A stretch of 50,198 nt of DNA from Candidatus Zambryskibacteria bacterium RIFCSPLOWO2_02_FULL_39_26 (GCA_001825395.1 MHWN01000019.1:1-50198), one strand, 5' to 3'. Positions 30,734 through 41,562 are shown, counted from the stretch's first letter. Program-made: numbers and translations. Notes: generated from the sequence alone by a model not told the origin.

Positions 30734-31324
30734 CTATACAATGCCAAGCTTGTTTAGCACCTTCCTGTGTGGATAGTCCAAAATGTCCCTTATGAGCTTA
30801 TCAAACATGGACAAGCGGTATTTGAAGTCTTCTGTTGTAAAATGGGCGTATTTTAGCTCTTTTCCGATCTCCGACTCAAGGGTTTTTATGGTATTTTGCA
30901 GTCTTCCTTTCTTTATGTTATCCCCGACGATAAGCAAATCTGCCCGGCTTTCCGGCTCCTGAATGAATACTCCCGCCACTATTATAAGTTTTATTGACCC
31001 CAACTTGCTTATTCTTCTCATGATTTCCTTTGATTGAAGCGGCTCTGTATTGATTAAAAAGTTTTGAAGCGGAACAAGATATGAGAAATCTTTATTTAAG
31101 ATAAACCCCCCATTTTTTTTCCTTTGACCACCACCTTTTCTTCTAATCAAGCCCGTTTTTCTCAAGACCGAAATTTCTCTGCGAACCTTGGATGTTCTGG
31201 CTTTTATTCGAAAAGCGATATTTCTGGCATCAAATGCCATATCTGGATTAAAAAGAAACAGCCGCATTATTTTGACCTTGTTTTCACTTCCAAACAATTT
31301 AGATAAGGTCTCCATTAGGGTCAT
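30734..31324 (-). CDS. winged-helix plus nucleotidyltransferase-like protein
   Basis: LFGS..KVKIMRLF N-terminus, ADLLIVGD, LESEIGKEL; start uncertain. Confidence 0.75.
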   Translation of the reverse strand: MTLMETLSKLFGSENKVKIMRLFLFNPDMAFDARNIAFRIKARTSKVRREISVLRKTGLIRRKGGGQRKKNGGFILNKDFSYLVPLQNFLINTEPLQSKEIMRRISKLGSIKLIIVAGVFIQEPESRADLLIVGDNIKKGRLQNTIKTLESEIGKELKYAHFTTEDFKYRLSMFDKLIRDILDYPHRKVLNKLGIV

Positions 31325-31398
31325 TATAATCATCTTTTCAAAAAAAGCTATAGATTGACATATATATCAAATGTGATATTAATACAAATGGAGGCTCG

Positions 31399-31581
31399 AT
31401 GGAAAATGTTTTGAGGGTGTTGAGTGGAATCATGCTTGGAATTGGATGTCTACTGTTGGTCATCGACTTCATGGCTATATACGAGCTGAAAAAAGCATCG
31501 GCTATTCCACTCCAGACAATTAGTATGACTGCTCTTTGTTTTCTCGGGAGCTTGGCCGCTAGTAGTCTCTCGAAAAAATAG
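31399..31581 (+). CDS. 60-aa two-TM orphan protein, SD-led cassette 6
   Basis: TTGACA at 31355, GGAGG SD, hairpin ACGGCGTACTT-aaa-AAGTACGCCGT (31598-31622). Confidence 0.65.
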   Translation: MENVLRVLSGIMLGIGCLLLVIDFMAIYELKKASAIPLQTISMTALCFLGSLAASSLSKK

Positions 31582-31860
31582 ATCAGTCATCGTCCAAACG
31601 GCGTACTTAAAAAGTACGCCGTAAAATTTTATATATAATAGTTATTTATTATTTTAAATCTTTATTTTATATGACATTTTAAATCATACCATTTACTAGC
31701 GATCGCTGGTAAATAGTTTGATTTAGGTAAAGGTAAGTAATCTCTAATCAAAACTCCCTTAGGTTTAACCTTGGGGAAGTTTTATCTTTAATCCTGAATC
31801 TATTTTAATGAGATCTTCGTTCCCTGCCCCTCGCTTGGTAGCTCGGGACACCCGCTAAAA

Positions 31861-32259
31861 TTACTTTAAGGTAATTTTTGCTCCGGCTTCCTCTAGTTTT
31901 TTCTTAAATGCTTCTCCATCCGCTTTTTTCATTCCCTCTTTAAGCATACTTGGTGCTGCATCTACTAAATCTTTTGCTTCTTTAAGGCCTAGGCCCAAGA
32001 CTTCTTTAACAACTTTAATAACAGCGATTTTTGTTGCACCACCATCTGTTAGTTCAACATTGACTGTTGATTTCTCTTCTGCGCCACTCGCTACTGCACC
32101 ACCTGCCGGTGCTGCTACAGCAACCGCTGCTGCTGAAACACCGAACTTCTCTTCTAAGTGCTTAACAAGTTCGTGTAAATCCAAGACTGACATAGAATCA
32201 ATAGCTGATACTATATCCTTGAACTTTGCTGGAGTTGATATTGTTTTAATTTCTTCCAT
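31861..32259 (-). CDS. rplL: 50S ribosomal protein L7/L12
   Basis: [30 protein letters not shown] motifs. Confidence 0.98.
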   Translation of the reverse strand: MEEIKTISTPAKFKDIVSAIDSMSVLDLHELVKHLEEKFGVSAAAVAVAAPAGGAVASGAEEKSTVNVELTDGGATKIAVIKVVKEVLGLGLKEAKDLVDAAPSMLKEGMKKADGEAFKKKLEEAGAKITLK

Positions 32260-32264
32260 GATAA

Positions 32265-32380
32265 TAAATGTAAAATGTAAATCTCAAAAATCAAAATGAC
32301 AATTCAAAATGTAAAATTGTAATGCGTTTACATTTTGTATTTTACTTTGTCATTTTACATTTTGATTTTTGCATTTTTAA
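32265..32380. repeat. palindrome family B between rplJ and rplL
   Basis: AATGTAAAATGTAAAT.TCAAAAATCAAAATGACA..., related to the 23S H45/H9 insertions. Confidence 0.8.
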
Positions 32381-32390
32381 TTAATGATAA

Positions 32391-32879
32391 TTATACTTTC
32401 TTCTTCGCTATTTCACTAAGTGCCATTACAAAACCCTGAATAGGTGAATTAATGAGATTAACAAACTGGACCTGCAGAGTCTTCAGTCCAGGAATTTGAG
32501 CGATTGAAACCATCTCTTCCCTATTCATGAACTTGCCTTCAAAAATTCCTCCGATAATCTGCACTTTCTTGTCCAAAGACTTTTGGAAAGAATAAATCTC
32601 TCTAGCAGAGTCTAATGGATCTGTTCCATAAACTATTCCAAGCTCTCCCGGCATCTCTGGCATATTCCCGGCAATGTTATTTTCTGACAAAGCCTTCCTT
32701 GTCAAAGTTTTTTTAGCGATGGTATAACCGATATCCCTTTCTCTCAAAACTTTTCGAATTTTAGTTGATTCGGAAACAGGAAGAGAGTGGAAGTTAATAA
32801 ACACAATTCCCGCCGAATCTTTTAGAATTTTTTTAAGTTTTGTCAAAATTTCTCCCTTTTTTTCTTTTGATACCGCCAT
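32391..32879 (-). CDS. rplJ: 50S ribosomal protein L10
   Basis: AKKTLTRKAL, GGIFEG, upstream of rplL. Confidence 0.95.
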   Translation of the reverse strand: MAVSKEKKGEILTKLKKILKDSAGIVFINFHSLPVSESTKIRKVLRERDIGYTIAKKTLTRKALSENNIAGNMPEMPGELGIVYGTDPLDSAREIYSFQKSLDKKVQIIGGIFEGKFMNREEMVSIAQIPGLKTLQVQFVNLINSPIQGFVMALSEIAKKKV

Positions 32880-32885
32880 AATGAA

Positions 32886-32975
32886 TAGTTATAAAGTTCT
32901 TAAAGTCAAAAGTCTATAAAGGCAGGGTTCTGCTTTACTTTATGGACTTTAGAGACTTGATAGACTTTCGACTAA
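32886..32975. repeat. palindrome family A in rplJ 5' leader
   Basis: TATAAAGT...ACTTTATGGACTTT...GACTTTCGACTA. Confidence 0.8.
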
Positions 32976-33019
32976 TAATCCGACCTAAGGTTAAAATTGA
33001 GTTCTTCACTTTAGATGAA

Positions 33020-33062
33020 GAAAAATCTCGATAGGGCTTATGGATTGCCTATTGTCTTTGAC
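33020..33062 (-). promoter_or_regulatory. L10 leader (ribosomal protein autoregulatory RNA)
   Basis: AAAGACAATAGG...TAAGCCCTATCGAG resembles the L10-leader pattern; TTGACA-16-TATCCT promoter just upstream. Confidence 0.6.
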
Positions 33063-33107
33063 CTTATGCACCATAGGATACAGGAAGATTATTTTTTGTC
33101 AATTATT

Positions 33108-34421
33108 CTATTTCCCCACAAATAAACGTTTTACAAAACTAAATATACTACTTAAAAAACCTTGTCTTTCTGGTGCTTCGAAAACTTCTATAACATTGGC
33201 AAGTTGATTAGAATCTTTCTCTAAAATTTCTGATTTTTCTTGCTCTTCTTGTTCCAGCTGTTTTGTTACCACTTCTACTTTCTGAACAGAAGCTATTTTT
33301 GTGTTGTCACCTTGAAGGGCGGGGGAAATATTATTTAAAGCTACTTTAACTTCATTTATTTTTGCTTGTATTTCTCCCAGATTAATTTCTGGTAAGGTAG
33401 TAGTAATAATTTTTTTTATTGGATTTGAAAGTGTTATGTCGGCACTATTTATTCCTGTAGTTTCATCCGCGAAAACAACTCTTGTCCCCGTCGAAACTAG
33501 AGTATCTTCCGGTATAATGAAAGACTTATTATTATTTGCAAGACTCCACCCGCCCAGATTAATTTCTGATCCAGATTTGTTTTCTATTTCAATACCATCT
33601 GAAACTCTTTGAAGTGAAATCAAGGGCAAAATTACCTTCACATTTATTCGACTGACAGCTTGTTTATCAGAACCATAAGCATTTAAAACAATCGCATAAT
33701 TCCCCGCGTGCCTATAGTTGTGTGTAACTGTTTTACCAAGAAGAGTGGTACCATCACCAAAGGACCATTTATATGTAATGGCTTGTTCTGATAAGTTTTG
33801 CAGTTTGGTTGGACTTGCAATAAAGATGACGGGGTTTCCTACTGCCGTTAACCTATCTCTCCCGGCCGAAACCTCAAACTCGATTTTGTTCTCTGTACTA
33901 CTTAGTGGAGCGGGGCTGCTGTGGGCAGAATTTGCTGTGTTGGTTTGACTGGAACTAGACTGGTCAGTTGTGGTTTCTGTACTGGTCTGCTCGTTGGTTG
34001 TTGTACTATTTGAAGACGAGCTAGATTCTCCACCGATAGTTATTTGCTGGCTAGCCGAGAAGGATTGTAAGCTTGTCCTTCCTGTGGCTGTTATCGTTAG
34101 TGTGTACGTTCCGACAGTGGAATCTTGGTATAGAAAATTCTTATTGGCTGTATTTTTAGACATTGTTGTGGAAACCGGATTGCCGGAGGTGTTGAAAAAT
34201 TGGCCTGTTGGAGATATCGAAGTAAAAACAAGATCATGAGTTTCGGTAATGTTTTCTGAAACTCCTTGCGAGTTTTGTGATTGTATAGTGATGGTTTCTG
34301 AAGAAACTCCAATAGAAACAGTTTGTGGTTCTGTAATAAATACAAATTGGGAAACTTGAGCGCTAGCAGTACTGGCCATTAAGAAAAAAGTAATTGGAAC
34401 GGAAATTAGCCTTTTCATCAA
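33108..34421 (-). CDS. secreted PKD-domain / lamin-tail-like protein
   Basis: Signal peptide, YKWSFGDG, IEIENKS..EINLGGWSL. Confidence 0.85.
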   Translation of the reverse strand: MMKRLISVPITFFLMASTASAQVSQFVFITEPQTVSIGVSSETITIQSQNSQGVSENITETHDLVFTSISPTGQFFNTSGNPVSTTMSKNTANKNFLYQDSTVGTYTLTITATGRTSLQSFSASQQITIGGESSSSSNSTTTNEQTSTETTTDQSSSSQTNTANSAHSSPAPLSSTENKIEFEVSAGRDRLTAVGNPVIFIASPTKLQNLSEQAITYKWSFGDGTTLLGKTVTHNYRHAGNYAIVLNAYGSDKQAVSRINVKVILPLISLQRVSDGIEIENKSGSEINLGGWSLANNNKSFIIPEDTLVSTGTRVVFADETTGINSADITLSNPIKKIITTTLPEINLGEIQAKINEVKVALNNISPALQGDNTKIASVQKVEVVTKQLEQEEQEKSEILEKDSNQLANVIEVFEAPERQGFLSSIFSFVKRLFVGK

Positions 34422-34430
34422 ATTATAAAA

Positions 34431-34595
34431 TTAATTTTTAATTGTTGCTTGAATTGCTGAAGCAGCGTTGTCGCCACTAGCCGAAGATTTTTTCTCATAA
34501 AATCTGGTTGCGAAAATAATCATTAGACTGACAGAGATAATGGCGGCAAAACCCAAGAAAAATTTTATAAAATCTTTATCAAAATATTGAGACAT
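34431..34595 (-). CDS. 54-aa single-TM protein MSQYFDKDFIKFFLGFAAIISVSLMIIFATR...
   Basis: Hand-translated ORF below track cutoff, fits tightly upstream of the PKD gene. Confidence 0.6.
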   Translation of the reverse strand: MSQYFDKDFIKFFLGFAAIISVSLMIIFATRFYEKKSSASGDNAASAIQATIKN

Positions 34596-34736
34596 CCCAG
34601 TAGTAGAAAATTAATTTATAATATATATCTTTATTACTTTATATAGTAACTAATTCTTCATATTTGTTCAAATCTGATATATGTAATTTTCACTACGGGA
34701 TAGCCCTGTAGTGAGCTCTGCTCTACTACTGGGACA
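34595..34736. repeat. two CCCAGTAGTAG/CACTACGGGA palindromic elements, the first enclosing ~80 bp of AT-rich DNA
   Basis: TCCCAGTAGTAGAAAATTA...TAATTTTCACTACGGGA and GCCCTGTAGTGAGCTCTGCTCTACTACTGGGA. Confidence 0.82.
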
Positions 34737-34741
34737 TTGTT

Positions 34742-35452
34742 TTATTGTAAACTAGCTTTTAGTTGGAGAAGGCTAGCATCATTGGGTATTTTAGATAAAC
34801 CTTGGTTAACTATCGTCCTGGCTTTATCCAAATCCTTAAAAATATCCCTGTAAATTTCAGCCAACTGGACATAAAGATAGGCTTGATTGGGAGCTTTGGA
34901 TATGGCTTGTTGGTAGTACACCTCTGCCTGCCCGTTATCCTTCAAAAAATAAGCGTACAAATTACCTAAATTACCAAGAGAAATGTAATTAGTCGGAGCA
35001 AGCCGCCCGGCGTATTGCCATGAAAATATCGCGCCCTGATAGTCCCCGGCCATTTTTTGATAAATACCTAGATTAATCCATGCTTTAAAATCCGTCGAGT
35101 CTTTCTTTAATTGAGCCTGCAGTGCAAGAATTTTTTCAGTAGCCAGATTGCTGGCCTCCGGGGAAATCATGGCCCCGGCATAAATTGTAACTTTTCTGTT
35201 TAGATCTGGCACTGGTTGTGGAATGCCTCCACCGCCTCCAACCTGCTCTATCTTATAATTGCCTGTACCTTCTATGTTAACGAGATCAGTATTGTTTTTA
35301 TCAGTTGTAGTAGTTGTAGTCGTGGCTTTAGTGGCATAAATATCCGGCAAATTATCTGTATTGCGAGATTGTCTATCAAAAAAGATGTAGATAGCAAACA
35401 GCGCAATAATAACAACAGCACTTCCAATAATTTTGTGTGTTTTTGTAATCAT
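34742..35452 (-). CDS. membrane-anchored TPR protein
   Basis: AWINLG..., GNLGNLY...AEVYYQQAI TPR-like helices; start uncertain. Confidence 0.85.
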   Translation of the reverse strand: MITKTHKIIGSAVVIIALFAIYIFFDRQSRNTDNLPDIYATKATTTTTTTDKNNTDLVNIEGTGNYKIEQVGGGGGIPQPVPDLNRKVTIYAGAMISPEASNLATEKILALQAQLKKDSTDFKAWINLGIYQKMAGDYQGAIFSWQYAGRLAPTNYISLGNLGNLYAYFLKDNGQAEVYYQQAISKAPNQAYLYVQLAEIYRDIFKDLDKARTIVNQGLSKIPNDASLLQLKASLQ

Positions 35453-35521
35453 TAGAAATAGTATAAACGACAAAAACTCCCTTTGCAATCAAAGGAAGTT
35501 TTCGTCTTTTTTGGGTTTGCT

Positions 35522-36400
35522 TTAGAAGCCTTTCAGTTTAGAAACCTCGGCCATTTTAGCTCTAGTCTTCGGTCCGAAAACTCCATAGCCTGGCGCGCCC
35601 GGTCCTGCTATGCCGTACTTGACTTGGAATTTCTGAATGGCCGTCCTGGTCAATGAGCCGAAATAAGTGGTTTCATTGCCCGGTGAACCAACGCCCGATG
35701 AAGCTATCTGTGTATCTGAATCGGAATTTAGAACTTTTTGAAGATTTTTAACATCGGCGCCGGTGCTACCGACAATTAAATTTCTACTGAAAACAAAACC
35801 TGTGCCGGACCCTATACTGACTATTCCGAGTTGGGCTTGCAAAAGCTGAACTTGGGCCAGCAGAGCGGCAATTTGATTTTGTAGACTGGATGTGGATGAT
35901 GTTTGAGTGGTGGCTGAAGAAGCTGTTGGAGTAGCCACTATTCCCCCGCCTCCGCCCCCGCTACCGGTGGAAGTGGTGGTTACTGGAGTTGAAGGATTGC
36001 CAGAACCACTGCTACCACCCCCGCCCCCACTGCCTATATTAACACTGCAAACGGTAGTGCTTGGGGTGATAATAACCGCCTGGGTTGATGTGGCCGACAG
36101 ACTCAATTTTGATACGTCCGCACATTGGTTAGATGTGATATTTCCGATCGGCGCATCGCTTGATAGTGTATATCTGTCAGCTGAAGTTACTGAAAAAAGA
36201 GAGTTTTCCAATAAATTCACCGTAAAACTGGAAGCGCTCACCACGATTGACTCCACCACCGAACTTTCCCCATCAACATTCAATGTCATTCCCCCCACAG
36301 AGATTATGGCTGAAGAAGTAAGCGAGACATCATTATAGTCTGCCAGAGCGATAAACGGAGCCGACAGAAGGCTTAAGTAAATTATTAATTTTTTCATCAT
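35522..36400 (-). CDS. secreted peptidoglycan-binding-domain protein
   Basis: GSTGADVKNLQKVLN...YFGSLTRTAIQKFQ...FGPKTRAK. Confidence 0.88.
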   Translation of the reverse strand: MMKKLIIYLSLLSAPFIALADYNDVSLTSSAIISVGGMTLNVDGESSVVESIVVSASSFTVNLLENSLFSVTSADRYTLSSDAPIGNITSNQCADVSKLSLSATSTQAVIITPSTTVCSVNIGSGGGGGSSGSGNPSTPVTTTSTGSGGGGGGIVATPTASSATTQTSSTSSLQNQIAALLAQVQLLQAQLGIVSIGSGTGFVFSRNLIVGSTGADVKNLQKVLNSDSDTQIASSGVGSPGNETTYFGSLTRTAIQKFQVKYGIAGPGAPGYGVFGPKTRAKMAEVSKLKGF

Positions 36401-36421
36401 AGTGTTTTTACATTATCTCGT

Positions 36422-37114
36422 TTAACGCAAAGCCATCCAATACCATGCATTATCTGTTGGATTTCTCGTACCAAGCCCGGATAAATTCACATTTAAAACT
36501 GATACTTGAATACCAAGAGTAGTTGATGAAGCACTAACAAATATTATGTCTTTATCCTCATCAGCGGCACCGTTAATCTTTGGGGTTACAAACACTCTCC
36601 ATCCTGTACCATTCACCGCTTCACTACCTGTACAAATAACAGAGACTGTGGAAGAGCCTGTAAGAGCTCCTATAGTTGGTGTACATGTTCCAAAAAGTAA
36701 TTGACTTACTCCTGAGCCATTTCCACCAATAACCATACCTAGAGAAGCCGTGGTTGTACCTGTCACCCCCAAAGCCACATAAGGCGATGTAGAAGCAATA
36801 CCAACTTTAGCGCTTGATGAACCGATAATAACCGATGTGGCTGTGGTTGTGCCAAGGTTCAAAACTCCGCCACCAGCGGTATCAAGACCATATCCGGCAA
36901 CAACTGTCATGTTACCGCTTGTTGCAAGAGTACTTGAAGCATTGACCGCGCCGGTCAGTGCAGAAGCTCCAGTGACAGTTAGAGTCCCATCTGTACTAAT
37001 ATTTGTACTTATGGTGCTGGAAGCCGAAGCGGCCATAGCACTCATCAAAATACCAAACAAAAACAAGGACACATAAAAAACGAATTCCTTTCTAAAAAAT
37101 ATTGTTTTTAACAT
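36422..37114 (-). CDS. secreted Ser/Thr/Gly-rich surface protein
   Basis: Signal peptide, TISTNISTDG, WYWMA C-terminus; start uncertain. Confidence 0.75.
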   Translation of the reverse strand: MLKTIFFRKEFVFYVSLFLFGILMSAMAASASSTISTNISTDGTLTVTGASALTGAVNASSTLATSGNMTVVAGYGLDTAGGGVLNLGTTTATSVIIGSSSAKVGIASTSPYVALGVTGTTTASLGMVIGGNGSGVSQLLFGTCTPTIGALTGSSTVSVICTGSEAVNGTGWRVFVTPKINGAADEDKDIIFVSASSTTLGIQVSVLNVNLSGLGTRNPTDNAWYWMALR

Positions 37115-37329
37115 ATTTATTATTATTCTAATAATTTGATAACTACACACTCTCGGTTTTTAAACCGACTTCTTAAAATTATACTCTTTTTTTTGACTAA
37201 TGGGTAATAATCTGGGCTAACTGTGGATAAGTCGGCTATTTAGAGACAACAAAAAACCACTCAATCCATAAAGGAAAGGTGGTTTTTTGTTAACTTAGGC
37301 TAAACCAGACCGACTAGCTAATCCAAGGA

Positions 37330-40300
37330 TTAGTAAGATCGAGACTGTAGAAGACCTGAAGTTGGGAAGCCTACGATACCGTATCCTGTAGTCCAATCAA
37401 CTGAACTAAAGACGGCGGTCGAAGTTGCGTTTGGTGACCAAACGAAGTTACTTGTAGCAAGGGTTGTACCATTTGCAGTACTTGTAGCTGCGGATGAGTC
37501 TGCCAACATCTTTGTCACAACTGAAGCGCCAGTAGCGTTGGCTCCGATAGAACCTCGAAGTTCAAAGTATCGAGTTTGTCCTGCAGGAACCTCAACTGGG
37601 TTAGAAGCTGTTTGGAAGTCAAGAGTAGTCAAGCTGCCTGTAGATGCACAAGTACTACTTGCGTTAGTCATGTTGACTGCACCATTACTACATGTAGATG
37701 TAGCTAGGTTTTCGTCAATTTGACCACCACTACTTGTTCCACCAACTGCGAAGTTTCCTGACATTGCTGTTGAGTATCCAGAATCAGTGTATCCGAACAA
37801 ACCAACATTTGTAACCGCCAATGTTGTTGTAGCTAGAGTGAAGGTGAATCGGAAGATGCCCACGTCTCCAGCTGAATCAGCCGTTACCTTGAATCTCATC
37901 AGTCTGCCATCTCCAATACCTGTACTTGAAAGTGATTCAAGCGCGATGGTTGGGAATGTGTTGAATAGTCTTACTCCAGCAACACCAGCCGTGATAGCAC
38001 TAACTGTAAGTGTGTTACCAGACGATAGACCGGATCCTTCGGCATTTGTAGGGTCAATCTTGACTAGATCTCCCTCTACCCCCGTCAGTCCTGTTCCAAC
38101 ATCCTGGAAGTCAGCTTTAACAGTAACTAGAACGTCTGTATCTTTTGGAAGAAGCAGAGTGCTATTTAATGTTGAAGTTGCTGTTGTGTTTGAACCGGTG
38201 AAGGTTGCAGTACCTATAAGTCCACCTGAAGAGTTGTATAGGTAAACTGTACCCAAGTTTTGAGCAACGTTTGCACTGTTACCAGCAGTTACGGCTGTTA
38301 GAGCCAAACCAATCTTTGATAGATTGACTGACTCGTTTGTAGCTCGGAACTTGATAACCCCCGTGGTTACACCTGTTGAACCTCCAGCCACTAGCTTATA
38401 TGCCGGTGATGATGGATCAACTGAACCGGTGAATGAACCTGTAGCAACCGTCATAACTTGACCGTTATTAGATGTTAGAGTTTCCGAAACACTAGCTCCC
38501 GAAGTTACGCCTGTAACTGTTGGATCGCTGGTGCTTAGAAGACCCCATTGCATCTGGGAGTTGGCGTGAGCTGAAGAGGCAACGTTACACTCAAGTCTAA
38601 GCGTCTTAACTACACCCTTTGCAATAGTAAGTTGCTGATCAAATGTAAATGTCTGACTAAGTGCTGTAGATGTTGCAACGGTAGTTGAAGGGTTAACAAC
38701 GTTTGAACCCGTGTTCAAAGGTGTTGCGCCATCATAAACCTGACATGAAGTCATAATTGTCTCATCTGCCGCAAATGATTGTGAGCTTCCGTTGTAATAG
38801 AAAGGAATTGCTCCCAATCTGACATCTTCACCTGATGCTGAAGCGTCAAACTGATAGTTAGCGAATGTCACTCTGCCACCAGGAACGATTGAAGCCGCGC
38901 TTGGTGTAGCGGAAACAGTAACAGTAAGGGCCGCTGACTTGACAGTCATGGTGTTCATACTGAATGCCCCGTTTGCCGACAAACTGATGGTGTTACCCGT
39001 TGTTTGTCCAGTGACACTTGTCCATCCCGATGAAGGTGTAGCGGACACTATTACTGTAGCCCCGTTAGGTGCGCCTGTTGGGATTTTACCCTTAATAGTG
39101 TAAGTACTTATTCCAAGAGGGAAGGTGATTGTGTCTGTGAATGTAATTGTACAACCTGTTGTACATGTTGATGCCTCGTCAATTGGGCCGGCAATCACCG
39201 CGCCGTTTTGATTAACGATAGTGATGCTTGTGATACCAGTTGAAGAAGTCCATGATCCGGTTGTAGCAATGGTGAAGGCCAATGATTGTACAGAGATAGG
39301 TTCACCCTTGATGTCTGTTTGGAATCCACCGAGTACTTGGTTAGGAACGTTTACAGCAATGTTTTGAGCGGCAACTGATGTTGCTTTTCCGATTGATGTA
39401 ACTGTACCTGCAGAAACCGTCACAATGTTTGCTTGGAACCAAGGTGTGCCTGTAGTGAAATTACCGCAAGCCTGTGAAGTTGAACATGTGACTACAGAGT
39501 TAGAACCTGCTGGAGGCGTAATTCCATAACCATATGTTACTCCGGATACGTATAGGTCAGTTGTTTTGTAGAGATCAAATTTGATTGTTCTACCAGCTGA
39601 ACCTGATCCTGTTATGTCACCTTGAACGTAAATATCTTTTGCAAGACCCTTGTCAATAAGGAGACCTCCAGAGAAGTTTGCAGAATAGTATTTACCATCC
39701 ACTGAAACTGTTGTTGGGTAAGCAGTACCATCAACATAGACCATTACATTTGAAAGGTCGTCCTTTGATGCTGAACCCGACTGATTCCATCGTATTGACC
39801 AAAGTTTAACCTGTTCTGCTGAACCGGCTGTAACTCTGATACCGGAGAATTTGTAACCAGTTGTGCCAATTTCCTTACTTTGGGATGTCCCTGGATCGTA
39901 AGATGAAGCAGCAATCGTAACACTACCCAATGTTAGGGAAGCGTTTATGGTGTGCATTGCACCTCCGATAGGAAGGGATCCGGAAACTGACGCTGAAGTG
40001 TTGACTGCAACAACATTTAAGCCGACCACTTGTCCAGCGTATGCACTAAGTGAAGCGGCCATGTTGCCTGCAATTGTAACTGTTTGAGAAGTACCTGCTG
40101 GAATGACAAATGGCTCACCCACGTTTGCTTGGTGGTTTGAGTTCAGTGTCTTTGCAATACCGATCTGGGTACCATCGCTCTTGAGTAGAACGACGCCACC
40201 GAAGACAGCGTCCACTCCAAGACCTGTTCGCTCTACCGTAATAGAATTAACTGTCACATCAGATGCTCCTGCTGTCAGGATAACTGTTGTGAAAGGAATT

Positions 40301-40842
40301 CTGGCTGCACTTGTTGGTGCAAGAGAATTTGCAGGTTGTGAACCAGCCACGATTGATAGTCCGCCTCCAGTTGGAAGTGAAGGACCAACAACCACTGTGT
40401 TCATTGAGTTGAGCTTTGCCCTTGTGATTGGGCCGACATAACCAACTGCTGGCGTAATTCCATATTTATTCTGGAATTTAATAACCGCTGCCCGTGTAAG
40501 CGCACCAAAGTATGAAGTTTCATTCCCCGGTGAACCAACACCTGAAGAGGCCACTTGGGTATCAGCGCTCATATTCAGAACCTTTTGAAGATTCATAACA
40601 TCTGCGCCGGTACTGCCAATAGTCAAGTTTGTATTGAAGGTGTAGCCTGTAGAGCTACTTCCTGTCGTAGCCGCAAGTTGTGCTTGCAACGCTTGAATGG
40701 TTGCCAGCAAACTGTTGATCTGCGCTTGCAAATCCGAGGCGGTATCGGCACTGGCCAATCCTGGCGCGAATGCAGAAACTGCCATAGCGAATCCAACCGC
40801 AACAGCAACATATTTTACAGCTATTGATTTTGATAAAGTCAT
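37330..40842 (-). CDS. large S-layer-like surface protein with N-terminal peptidoglycan-binding domain (1170 aa)
   Basis: Signal peptide, LQAQINSLLATI coiled coil, PG-binding motif, long T/S/G-rich beta region, long 5' intergenic region. Confidence 0.85.
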   Translation of the reverse strand: MTLSKSIAVKYVAVAVGFAMAVSAFAPGLASADTASDLQAQINSLLATIQALQAQLAATTGSSSTGYTFNTNLTIGSTGADVMNLQKVLNMSADTQVASSGVGSPGNETSYFGALTRAAVIKFQNKYGITPAVGYVGPITRAKLNSMNTVVVGPSLPTGGGLSIVAGSQPANSLAPTSAARIPFTTVILTAGASDVTVNSITVERTGLGVDAVFGGVVLLKSDGTQIGIAKTLNSNHQANVGEPFVIPAGTSQTVTIAGNMAASLSAYAGQVVGLNVVAVNTSASVSGSLPIGGAMHTINASLTLGSVTIAASSYDPGTSQSKEIGTTGYKFSGIRVTAGSAEQVKLWSIRWNQSGSASKDDLSNVMVYVDGTAYPTTVSVDGKYYSANFSGGLLIDKGLAKDIYVQGDITGSGSAGRTIKFDLYKTTDLYVSGVTYGYGITPPAGSNSVVTCSTSQACGNFTTGTPWFQANIVTVSAGTVTSIGKATSVAAQNIAVNVPNQVLGGFQTDIKGEPISVQSLAFTIATTGSWTSSTGITSITIVNQNGAVIAGPIDEASTCTTGCTITFTDTITFPLGISTYTIKGKIPTGAPNGATVIVSATPSSGWTSVTGQTTGNTISLSANGAFSMNTMTVKSAALTVTVSATPSAASIVPGGRVTFANYQFDASASGEDVRLGAIPFYYNGSSQSFAADETIMTSCQVYDGATPLNTGSNVVNPSTTVATSTALSQTFTFDQQLTIAKGVVKTLRLECNVASSAHANSQMQWGLLSTSDPTVTGVTSGASVSETLTSNNGQVMTVATGSFTGSVDPSSPAYKLVAGGSTGVTTGVIKFRATNESVNLSKIGLALTAVTAGNSANVAQNLGTVYLYNSSGGLIGTATFTGSNTTATSTLNSTLLLPKDTDVLVTVKADFQDVGTGLTGVEGDLVKIDPTNAEGSGLSSGNTLTVSAITAGVAGVRLFNTFPTIALESLSSTGIGDGRLMRFKVTADSAGDVGIFRFTFTLATTTLAVTNVGLFGYTDSGYSTAMSGNFAVGGTSSGGQIDENLATSTCSNGAVNMTNASSTCASTGSLTTLDFQTASNPVEVPAGQTRYFELRGSIGANATGASVVTKMLADSSAATSTANGTTLATSNFVWSPNATSTAVFSSVDWTTGYGIVGFPTSGLLQSRSY

Positions 40843-41201
40843 ATATATTTAATAAAACAACCCCTCCCTACTTTACTATTAATAATTGTGTAGAGAGATG
40901 TTATTGAAAACAATTAACTAACTTCTTAACAATTCTAGATACAATTACAAAATACAAATTTTCCATAAATATTTCATAATCATACCTACATACTAATCCC
41001 TCACTTTAATTGTTTACTTTTGCACCTAACTTAATCTTTACTTTGAAAGTAAAAACGTGCTGACACAAAATGAATCGACACAAAAGTGAAGAGATAGATG
41101 ATAAGTTTGGACGGAATTTCTGAAATGCGGACGTAAAGGAAATTGTGCGACAAGTTCTGAAGGCGCGATTCTATAATCGCGCTTTATAAAATCCATATTT
41201 A

Positions 41202-41270
41202 TCCGCACACTAACTTTAGCATCGCTTTACCGTGTTTTTTCAAAACACAATACCAAAGTTAGTGTGTGGA
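41202..41270. repeat. CCGCACACTAAC...GTTAGTGTGYGG palindrome (family C); second copy 42414-42548
   Basis: Shared arms at both loci. Confidence 0.7.
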
Positions 41271-41562
41271 TTTATTTGTCAAATAACTTTCTGTTCTGAC
41301 AAAGAGAATGTACAGTGAATTGCACAAGGTGCCTAAACACCTGTACAGAAACCATTATATAGTCTCCTGACAAGACTTTCAAATAACCGTGTGGATAACT
41401 CTAACTTTTTAGCCATTTTTGGATAAAACAGCCAAAATACGCCACGGAAACCATTATTCCAAAAAGGGCGATGAAAGTCAATGTTACTCTAGAGAGAGGC
41501 AATAAGTACACCCGTATTTTACTCCCAATATCCAGAAAAACAGTATTATTATGGCCTAATAT

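Noticed and set aside
37538-40827. Plus-strand ORFs opposite the S-layer-like gene
   Set aside because: Antisense shadows caused by the codon bias of a real gene; the same applies to those opposite secD, VWA, ftsK and recA.
37222-41398. DnaA-box matches (TGTGGATAA at ~37222 and ~41390) as oriC
   Set aside because: Only isolated boxes, with no cluster and no dnaA/dnaN nearby.
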